DNA from: an uncultured Chloroflexota bacterium
GTDB lineage: Bacteria > Chloroflexota > UBA11872 > VXNJ01
Length of the DNA stretch: 64,000 nucleotides
Assembly: GCA_913043205.1 (NCBI GenBank)
Contig: CAJWLF010000002.1
Span: forward strand, 109,206-173,205
Direction: 5' to 3'
Positions 36,785-44,706 of this stretch are shown here, piece after piece (position 1 is the first letter of the stretch; each line of letters opens with the position of its first letter). Under the pieces are notes generated by a model. The model did not search any database and had not been told where the DNA came from. It saw only the letters and a list, made by a program, of their open reading frames with translations. The position numbers and the translations under genes were made by a program.

Positions 36785-37436
36785 GATACGAAACCGGCAG
36801 CATAGAGGCGATACGCCTCATCATTTCGAGGCCAGCCCATTCCGAAGACTCACGCAAATCAAAATTGAATGGCGGATTCAATTCAAAAGGTGACCCAACA
36901 GTAAAACTGACACGCACGGCAGTGTTGTTGGAAAAATTGCCAAACGATATGTTTTCAGTCCCAGAAATTGCTATGGGGAGTATAGGAACACCGGCTCGCA
37001 CTGCCAGATATCCCGCTCCAGGTTGAGGGGGCTGAAGGGAAGCCGTTGGGCTCCGAGTACCTTCAGGATAAAGAAAAATTGGTCGTGATTTATCTAGAGC
37101 GCTTAAGGCTGCTCTGAGAGCTGGAATGTCACGACCATCTCTGTCCACAGGAATCGCATTAAGTAATCGCATCCCGAAACCAATCAAAGGAATCTGGAAC
37201 AAGGATCTCTTAGCCATAAAATGCATGGGTCTGGGTATTAAGGTGGCATGAAAATTAGGATCACTAATATGAACATGATTAGATACCGCAATAAATGGAC
37301 CAGAAGCCGGGACATTTTCCAGTCCATACACCTCAAGTTCGTCGATATACATACCCAAATAATGAAAAATCCCTCTGCATATCGCGTTGTAGGTCATGCG
37401 TCTTTGTGGCGACCAGCTGAAGGCTTCATATTTCAT
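36693..37436 (-). CDS. plsC: 1-acyl-sn-glycerol-3-phosphate acyltransferase (LPLAT family)
   Basis: HxxxxD acyltransferase motif (VSNHVHISD), FMAKRSLF and the PEGTRS motif. Confidence 0.85.
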   Translation of the reverse strand: MKYEAFSWSPQRRMTYNAICRGIFHYLGMYIDELEVYGLENVPASGPFIAVSNHVHISDPNFHATLIPRPMHFMAKRSLFQIPLIGFGMRLLNAIPVDRDGRDIPALRAALSALDKSRPIFLYPEGTRSPTASLQPPQPGAGYLAVRAGVPILPIAISGTENISFGNFSNNTAVRVSFTVGSPFELNPPFNFDLRESSEWAGLEMMRRIASMLPVSYRGVFSDDPLLVTTGGQRHADDDIQCRQTTD

Positions 37437-38122
37437 GTCAGCTGCTCCTCCCTACCCCTCAAATCCGAAAAGTAAGAGATTATCAATGTGGCAACTTGCA
37501 TGGCTGAAAGGTTTTCAGACTGAATTACAATAGCCCTCTCCGGAACTACCAATGGCGATACATCCCTGTCCGAATCGACTTCGTCTCGATTCTGTAATAG
37601 AGATAATATTATTGACTTACTTATGGTATCTCCAGAGTCTATTTTCTCCAGATACTTCCGTTCTGCTCGCACCGCTACCGGAGCATCTATATAGATCTTC
37701 AACTCGGCATCAGGACACACTATCGAGCCAACGTCCCTTCCTACCAATACGATAGGACCAGTCGACGCTATATCTCTCTGTATCGGTAACAGAGAGCTAC
37801 GCACTCTTGGCTGCTGCGCTACATGAGACACAATTTGTTCAATATCAGGGCTATAGAGTTCCTCGCTAACAACCTCCCCATTAATTTCCAGCATATGATG
37901 TTCATCTTCTAGAAGCATCTTCACATTCATATTTCTAGCTATGACCTCAGCCTGTGCATAATCATCTTTATCGGCACCAACTCTCAGAAGCAACATGGCT
38001 AACGCACGGTACAGCACACCGGTGTCCAAGAAAGCAAACCCAAGCTCTCCCGCCACCAGGCGACCTACAGTAGTCTTACCAGCCCCAACGGGACCATCTA
38101 TAGTTATCACCGGCTGAAACAC
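37433..38122 (-). CDS. cmk: (d)CMP kinase
   Basis: P-loop (ITIDGPVGAGKTTV) and cytidylate kinase core (LDTGVLYRALA). 4-nt overlap with plsC. Confidence 0.9.
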   Translation of the reverse strand: MFQPVITIDGPVGAGKTTVGRLVAGELGFAFLDTGVLYRALAMLLLRVGADKDDYAQAEVIARNMNVKMLLEDEHHMLEINGEVVSEELYSPDIEQIVSHVAQQPRVRSSLLPIQRDIASTGPIVLVGRDVGSIVCPDAELKIYIDAPVAVRAERKYLEKIDSGDTISKSIILSLLQNRDEVDSDRDVSPLVVPERAIVIQSENLSAMQVATLIISYFSDLRGREEQLT

Positions 38123-38277
38123 AAAAAACCAACCCTATCAGCATATGAGGAGGCACTCTGCCAAAAAGCATTTGCATCTAACTAACCTGCTGGCAGAGAT
38201 ATGAACTGGTAGAACCCATCAATCATTTGGAATTTACGACGTTACAGATAAACCCCAAATTGACATGTAATTTCTAC

Positions 38278-39435
38278 CTAACGAATATCGAGACAGGCAC
38301 CCCCTAGATTTTCTTCTATTAAATCGATACCCAATCCACCTCCGCTCGGAGCCACCATGGTGCCATCTATTCTAACTGGAGCCCCGACCGCGGTAGACAA
38401 AGATGTGTAACTATTGAAATCACTTGCACTGAACCTTGCATAATCCGGCGTGCTGTGAGCTAGGTGGGCCACGGCAGATGTTACTACATCACTCCCCCAA
38501 GAATCCTCAATAGTCACGGCGATACCAGAAGACACACAAACATCCCTCAGTTGCCGAGTCTTCGTAATTCCTCCTAATCTCCCTATTTTCAAGTTAACAA
38601 CATCCATAGCATTGTCAGATATAGCCCTCACAAGGCTCGGTACATCAACAATTGATTCGTCCAAAACAAACGGAAAATCCGTATTACGGCGTATAAATAG
38701 ACAATTTTCGTATGTTTCGCACGGTTGCTCGATATATATGTCTAAACCTCGCACAGCATTAATCACCCGTACAGCCTGATGAGGAAGCCAACCAGTATTA
38801 GCATCTGCAACAAGGACATCCCCATGGTGGAGTACATCAGCAACCGCATTTATACGCTCGATGTCAGTGTCGGGATCACCGCCAACTTTAATTTGAAATC
38901 TGCGGTAGCCCATTTTCCTATACCTTCGTACTTGCTCTGCCATAGAGTCTGGCGAACCTTGTGAAATAGCTCTATATAAATCCACTACGTCCCCATACCG
39001 GCCTCCAAGCAAGGCAACAATAGGCATCTGAGCCACTTTTCCCATAATGTCCCAGAATGCCATATCTAAGGCTGATTTCACATAAGGGTGCCCCTTCAGC
39101 AAATTATCCATATGACTGCCCAGCACGGAAATCAGAGTTGGGTCACATCCTATAAGCTCTGGGGCCAATCTCTCTATACCTACTCTGGCTCCTTCAGCAA
39201 AAGACGGCAAATAAGATGCACCTAACGGACATATTTCACCGATACCACAAAGTCCGTCGGTTGTTTCCACTCTAACTATCGTGCTGTCAAAATAATGCAC
39301 TTCATTGCCACCAGACCACCGATACGGTCCATCATCGATCGGCAAATCGACCTTATATACCTGAATCCTGTTAATTTCCATTGATATACACCCCCGTTTG
39401 GCCTCACTATGACAGCGCCAATAGGATAATTGCAT
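38278..39435 (-). CDS. mandelate racemase/muconate lactonizing enzyme family protein (enolase superfamily; probable start at the internal Met near 39381)
   Basis: MR/MLE N-domain (ALDMAFWDIMGK), barrel residues (FQIKVG; DANTGW; IEQP; LDES; NLKIGRLGG). Confidence 0.85.
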   Translation of the reverse strand: MQLSYWRCHSEAKRGCISMEINRIQVYKVDLPIDDGPYRWSGGNEVHYFDSTIVRVETTDGLCGIGEICPLGASYLPSFAEGARVGIERLAPELIGCDPTLISVLGSHMDNLLKGHPYVKSALDMAFWDIMGKVAQMPIVALLGGRYGDVVDLYRAISQGSPDSMAEQVRRYRKMGYRRFQIKVGGDPDTDIERINAVADVLHHGDVLVADANTGWLPHQAVRVINAVRGLDIYIEQPCETYENCLFIRRNTDFPFVLDESIVDVPSLVRAISDNAMDVVNLKIGRLGGITKTRQLRDVCVSSGIAVTIEDSWGSDVVTSAVAHLAHSTPDYARFSASDFNSYTSLSTAVGAPVRIDGTMVAPSGGGLGIDLIEENLGGACLDIR

Positions 39436-39555
39436 AGACCTTTATAGCCGAACAATATGCCACGCATTGACAATCTGAGATAATATTAGCCTTGGTTCAT
39501 CCATCATACATTTGTAAAGGAGTTCATAAGAAGACTGCTGGGAGGCAATCTTATT

Positions 39556-41529
39556 TTGAACTTAATTAATTATTTCAATCACCCGCCAAAGGAATCACGC
39601 CGAAAGCGGAGAAATAGGTCCGAAACATACGTCAGTGGAGCCACGCAAATGATACGGTCACTATTGATGGCTGTGGTTTTATTAATTCCAATGGTGGTAA
39701 GCCTATGGCCTGGATTGACGAAACCGGCAGATGCACTAGTAGCCATGTACGAACCAGATCAAGTCGTAAAATTTGTAGGGTCAGGGAGTGGGCACGGAGT
39801 GGGACTGTCTCAATGGGGAGCTCGAGGCAGAGCGCTTGAAGGGCAAAACGCCCAGCAAATAGTTGGCGCATATTATCAGGGATCCCAATTGATGCCTTAT
39901 GACACTGCTGGAACTCGCATTAGAGTGCTCATCGATGAAGCATACTTACCACCTGCTATAGATGGTTCATTTACGTCTTCCAACAAGCTACCAGGCAATG
40001 TGTACGGGTGGGGTGGGCCCTGGGCAATTGAAGGAGTTACTGGGGCCCTGCAGCCAGGAACGCGTCTCAATCTAGTATCTAACAAAGACCAGAAGTCTCA
40101 TCACGCCTATCTCTATGATCCCGCAGGACAATTGATGATTCAGTTCGGATTCCCAGGCGCACTTAAGCTAGTGTCTCTTAGCCCAGAAACCCGTATTCAG
40201 GTTTACTACAAATACACCCGTATAGTACCCGGTTCAGGAGGTACACAATTCTACGACATGTACCGTGGTGATATCTGGATCAGACAAAACGGCAAAGGGA
40301 CACTAGATACAGTTAACGAACTGGGAATCGACGATTACGTGAGGGGGGTAGTGCCTGCAGAAATGCCTCGCGACTGGCCTATGGAAGCTATAAAAGCTCA
40401 AAGTCTGGCGGCCAGAACCTATGCCCTAACAAGCCTTAACACTTCCAATCCTTGGTGGGATTTAGATGACACTACTTACTATCAACTCTATGAAGGATCT
40501 CATCGAGAACACCACATCACAAATAGCGCGGTGGAACAGACTTGGAATACCGTAATCGGATGGAATGGCCAACCCATACGCGCTTACTACTTCTCCAGTG
40601 GAGGGGGATTCACAGAAAGTGCTGGGGACGTATTCACTCAAGACCTGCCATATCTCAAAGGATTTAGGGATCATAACGCAGCAGGTCTCCCATTCGACCG
40701 AGATGCTCCAGCCGTTAAATGGGAAACCTCTGAGTTCCCTATGAAAGTAATCGAAGACATGCTCAATGAGAAAGATAATTCTCGAGTCGGAAGTCTAAGA
40801 CGAATAGATTTTAGTGATCGATCAGCAAGTGGACGTGTTAGAACCGTATTTATCGAAGGTTCCGAAACCAACCGCAAGCTCGACGCATCCTTTTTCCAGG
40901 CTATTTACAACAAGAGAACCCCCGCATCCCTCGGTGCAATGCTAAGCACAAAATTCGACGTGGAATTTGCATTCCCTCACACCCGCCCTGTCCCGCGGAT
41001 CAACATTCCAGGGCAGTCAATATATTTTGAAGAAACCGGACATAACGTCTTTTTTGGATTCAAGAAATATTTCGAACGAAACGGTGGCGTAGCTGCATTC
41101 GGGTTACCTCTAACAGAAGAATTTGATGAAAATGGAATGCGGGTGCAATACTTTCAGAAGGTACGACTCGAATACCATCCTGAGCTGGCCGGTACTCCAT
41201 ACGAGGTGCAATTAGGTCTAGTTGGAGATCAAATTGCAGCAGGCAGAAATTACGCAAAAGACACTCCTTTCATCAACAACTCTCAACATCGATATTTCGC
41301 AGAGACACAAAACTCTATTCATTTCGGATTCAAGAAATACTTCGAACGATTTGGTGGTATTGACAGGTGGGGATATCCAATATCACAAGAGGTTTTTGAA
41401 GGAGGGACTAATGTCCAATATTTTCAGCGAGGTCGTTTCGAATGGAGACCTGAACTGGGTGGAATGTTTGGCGTGTTCTCAGGCAACGTTGGTGAAGAAT
41501 ATTTACGATTGCGCGGATGGCTCAGCTAG
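39556..41529 (+). CDS. SpoIID/LytB domain protein with an N-terminal signal/anchor and two C-terminal ~60-aa tandem repeats
   Basis: SpoIID/LytB core (IDDYVRGVVPAEMPRDWPMEAIKAQSLAARTYAL; AYYFSSGGGFTE). N-terminal hydrophobic segment. Duplicated C-terminal module (...FGFKKYFER.GG...G.P...EF..G..VQYFQ...E..PEL.G). Confidence 0.85.
   Translation: MNLINYFNHPPKESRRKRRNRSETYVSGATQMIRSLLMAVVLLIPMVVSLWPGLTKPADALVAMYEPDQVVKFVGSGSGHGVGLSQWGARGRALEGQNAQQIVGAYYQGSQLMPYDTAGTRIRVLIDEAYLPPAIDGSFTSSNKLPGNVYGWGGPWAIEGVTGALQPGTRLNLVSNKDQKSHHAYLYDPAGQLMIQFGFPGALKLVSLSPETRIQVYYKYTRIVPGSGGTQFYDMYRGDIWIRQNGKGTLDTVNELGIDDYVRGVVPAEMPRDWPMEAIKAQSLAARTYALTSLNTSNPWWDLDDTTYYQLYEGSHREHHITNSAVEQTWNTVIGWNGQPIRAYYFSSGGGFTESAGDVFTQDLPYLKGFRDHNAAGLPFDRDAPAVKWETSEFPMKVIEDMLNEKDNSRVGSLRRIDFSDRSASGRVRTVFIEGSETNRKLDASFFQAIYNKRTPASLGAMLSTKFDVEFAFPHTRPVPRINIPGQSIYFEETGHNVFFGFKKYFERNGGVAAFGLPLTEEFDENGMRVQYFQKVRLEYHPELAGTPYEVQLGLVGDQIAAGRNYAKDTPFINNSQHRYFAETQNSIHFGFKKYFERFGGIDRWGYPISQEVFEGGTNVQYFQRGRFEWRPELGGMFGVFSGNVGEEYLRLRGWLS
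41017..41463 (+). repeat. intragenic tandem duplication (two ~177-nt units, period 270 nt) encoding the repeated C-terminal module of the SpoIID/LytB protein
   Basis: Units at ~41017-41193 and ~41287-41463. Nucleotide cores GGATTCAAGAAATATTTCGAACGA (41056-41079) and GGATTCAAGAAATACTTCGAACGA (41326-41349) match at 23 of 24 positions. Confidence 0.6.
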
Positions 41530-41570
41530 CTAATTAATCACTGTCAGATGTGGTACTGCTGAACCAAGAA

Positions 41571-42689
41571 TTATAAGTAGTCGGCCAAAATTGTACCTGT
41601 CAGATATTCTGATGGGATTTCTGCATCATGGCTACCAGAAGCCGGATAACGAAATTCCTTGCCCTCATAATTTCGCAATACTATCCATTCATCGTCGACC
41701 GATACCATTCTATTTGGACCTACGGTCATTTTACCTCCACCTCCTGGGGCATCGATCACATACATAGGAACCGCAAAGCCTGAAATATTACCCTGCAAAT
41801 AATTCATTATTTGCAGACCGGTACTAACATCAGTACGAAAATGATGAGTACCCTTAACCAGGTCAGCTTGGTACAGGTAGTAAGGCTTTACTCGCATTTT
41901 GAGCAATCCTAACATCAACTCTTTCATAATTTCTGGATCGTCATTCACTCCTTTCAACAAAACCGTCTGACATCCTACCGGGATACCAGCATCAATCAAT
42001 CGACCACATGCCACCGATGCTTCTTCCGTCAATTCTCGCGGATGGTTGAAGTGAGTATTCACAAAAAGCGGGTGGTATCGTTTAAGTACATCGGTTAGCC
42101 CTTCAGTTACTCGCTGAGGAAGCACGCATGGTAATTTCGTACCAATCCTCAACACCTCAATATGTGGTATGGATCGCAATTCGTTGAGAATGCGTTCAAG
42201 ATAATTATCCTCTAAGAGCAGTGGATCTCCTCCCGAAAGAAGAACGTCACGGATCTCGGTGTGCTCACGCAAATAACTGAATACATCCTGCATCTCGTTC
42301 CACGGTGGCACAGGATTTTTCCCGACCTTGCGTTTCCGAGTGCAAAACCTGCAATAAATAGCGCATGTATAAGTAACGGTAAACAAGACGCGATCTGGAT
42401 AACGATGTGTCAGATGCTTAACGGGAGAATCATCTCCATCCTCGCCTACAGCATCCTCCATGTAATACGTAGGATCATTCAATTCTTGCTCAGAAGGAAT
42501 GATCTGTTGCCATATTGGATCACCTTCTTCACGAATCAAGCTGGTGTAATAGGCATTTGAGAAAAACGGGTATAGTTTGCGTACGTTATCTATTTCGTCC
42601 TGTTTAAGACCATCTAAATCTGGAAGGTCAGAGCCGCGGCGAATATTAGAGCGCATTAGACTCTTCCACTCCGGTACTGTACTACTCAA
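41571..42689 (-). CDS. KamA-family radical SAM aminomutase (lysine 2,3-aminomutase-like)
   Basis: Characteristic CxxxCxxC cluster in KamA context (TVTYTCAIYCRFCTRKRKVG), a SAM-binding GGDPL motif (LSGGDPLLLED), and overall KamA/EpmB/EamA-like layout. 372 aa, with no C-terminal Cys-rich zinc motif. Confidence 0.85.
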   Translation of the reverse strand: MSSTVPEWKSLMRSNIRRGSDLPDLDGLKQDEIDNVRKLYPFFSNAYYTSLIREEGDPIWQQIIPSEQELNDPTYYMEDAVGEDGDDSPVKHLTHRYPDRVLFTVTYTCAIYCRFCTRKRKVGKNPVPPWNEMQDVFSYLREHTEIRDVLLSGGDPLLLEDNYLERILNELRSIPHIEVLRIGTKLPCVLPQRVTEGLTDVLKRYHPLFVNTHFNHPRELTEEASVACGRLIDAGIPVGCQTVLLKGVNDDPEIMKELMLGLLKMRVKPYYLYQADLVKGTHHFRTDVSTGLQIMNYLQGNISGFAVPMYVIDAPGGGGKMTVGPNRMVSVDDEWIVLRNYEGKEFRYPASGSHDAEIPSEYLTGTILADYL

Positions 42690-42773
42690 TACAGGAATCC
42701 TCTCGTTCCCTGAATCCGTGCATAAACTGGTGCTACCTTGGAGCCATACATCGATCTTATTTGAATAATGTTG

Positions 42774-44201
42774 TCAGTCATTGCCAACCATAACTGGAGA
42801 CATAACTGCAGTACTCATACCATGTAATATTTTGCTTGATGCAGGGCACGCAGTTGCTAACACACCAGCCAACTTTGCTTCTCCGTCTTCCACAAAATAG
42901 TACGGGGAATAACGGATGCGAGAATCAAAAACCTTAACCTCGTTTGAATCGAAGTCAAAATATTCGACCGCCAATCGTCTACTTTGTTCATACGGCTGCA
43001 GCACATAGGGAGTTGTACTGAAAGCTTGCAAAGCTTCCTGCAGCGACGAAGCCCATACATCTTGGTTCACATCATGACCAATAGTCACACCACGAGCACC
43101 CCAGGACAATTCTGAAAAACCCGATGGCTTTATAACCATTCGACGCTGCTTCTGAGTGATATTGGATAGATCAGACCACCTTCTTATTGATTTACCCGCT
43201 GTGATTAGCGGAGGAGATATCGCAGCAAACGGAGGCAGCTCAGTTGGATCCAACACCCAAGTACGCGGAATTATGTTTGATAGCACCGAGTGGGATTGAT
43301 CACCAATCTCGTGCACCCAATAATCAGTCAATTCAGGGTGATGAAATAATGCCAAAAGCAATTTCTCTTCCAATTGTGCCTTAGGGGGAGGAGATACGTG
43401 GACACGCCGGTGTCGCATCGCATGAAAAACAAAATCCACATTAGGAATATTCTTTAAGTCATGCAATTCAAAGAATCTATATAGGACATCAATTCTTTGA
43501 ACTTCCCCATTTGTATTCGTGACCAGGTCCCCTAGCTGGTAATCCAAGTCTCGAGGATGAACCAGCCTAGCGCTTACCCCAATTTTCTCCAGCCTGCTCG
43601 ACACAAGCTGCATTTCAGACCTGTATGATTCTGATTCATCAGACACCACGATGGCCACACTAGGAACATCTAATCTACAATCATCAATTAAAGCCCTTCC
43701 AAAAGCCTCTACAACTCCATCGGCAGCACCCAACAGACTGTAGCCCATGGATTTATATCCAGAAGACAGGGCATCTAAAAGCCCTATTCCTCCTGGCACA
43801 GAGTCAAGTTCAGTCGCCACTAAGTTATCCGACTCTGTAAGCATTAAATCAGGTCGAATTACAAATGGTAAGTTGGATTTCGTCCTGTTCAGCCTCCCTA
43901 ATTCCCTAACAGAATCACTCTTTCCACGATCCAGTAATTCAGATATCCAGCCCGGCTGGTGCCCGCGAACACTATCCAAATACAGTCGGTTAGACGCCTT
44001 ATAGAAACGCAAGAGGTGATTTCCCAGAGATCGAAATTTATCAGCGACATCACAAGATATCTCAATTGGCTGAGGAGATACCCGAAACGGGACCTTGGAC
44101 ACTCCTACCCCCATACCAACCTCACCAAAAAGACCGCTTTCTGGCAGTCCTGCGATCATTGCCTCCATACGCTGGGACAACTTAGATACTTCAGATTTCA
44201 A
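42774..44201 (-). CDS. hypothetical protein, possibly ATP-grasp-like (475 aa), co-directional with and immediately upstream of the KamA-family gene
   Basis: No clear family. Weak ATP-grasp-like elements (RMVIKPSGFSELSWGARGVTIG resembles the K-P...G..G phosphate-binding strand; central VAIVVSDESESY...ARLVHPRDL resembles pre-ATP-grasp/GspS-like regions). 85-bp gap to kamA. Confidence 0.45.
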   Translation of the reverse strand: MKSEVSKLSQRMEAMIAGLPESGLFGEVGMGVGVSKVPFRVSPQPIEISCDVADKFRSLGNHLLRFYKASNRLYLDSVRGHQPGWISELLDRGKSDSVRELGRLNRTKSNLPFVIRPDLMLTESDNLVATELDSVPGGIGLLDALSSGYKSMGYSLLGAADGVVEAFGRALIDDCRLDVPSVAIVVSDESESYRSEMQLVSSRLEKIGVSARLVHPRDLDYQLGDLVTNTNGEVQRIDVLYRFFELHDLKNIPNVDFVFHAMRHRRVHVSPPPKAQLEEKLLLALFHHPELTDYWVHEIGDQSHSVLSNIIPRTWVLDPTELPPFAAISPPLITAGKSIRRWSDLSNITQKQRRMVIKPSGFSELSWGARGVTIGHDVNQDVWASSLQEALQAFSTTPYVLQPYEQSRRLAVEYFDFDSNEVKVFDSRIRYSPYYFVEDGEAKLAGVLATACPASSKILHGMSTAVMSPVMVGND

Positions 44202-44706
44202 GCACTTAACTCAATCAAATTACACATTTACTTTGTCAGGAAAACCGTTTTCCCCAACAACAATACTAGCAGGTCAATCAACTTGACTATCTGAAGACCC
44301 TCAATTGTAACGCTTATACGTTAGATGATTTAGTTCGATACATGTTCTTTTTACACGGATAAAAACTTCTACAGAATCTGCCTGGATGCAGTAGGGCTCT
44401 TTATATTGACTGACGCATTAGCTCACCGATACCATAGTCATCCTAATAGTCGCCAGTATCGTCTGGGCATTCTTTGCAGTAAACAACAAACAAAACTTGT
44501 ATACATCAAAAATTGGGTGCTACAAACGACTGTGCTTCTATCAGATGCACAATGTCCAAATGCCAGATTGAGAATTTGTAAGACACAATGCACCAACTCC
44601 AAAGTTACAGCTCGCAATCACCATCAACACTGCTGATACAAAACAAAGGTGATCTCCACTGAAATCTGCGAGCAAATTTACGGTTTGCCTATTAGCTACA
44701 GCAGCA

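Noticed and set aside
39436-39555. Possible sigma70-like promoter (TTGACA … GATAAT/TAATAT) upstream of the SpoIID/LytB gene
   Set aside because: The spacing between the -35-like and -10-like hexamers is only ~7-9 nt, far from the 16-18 nt optimum, so I did not call it a promoter.
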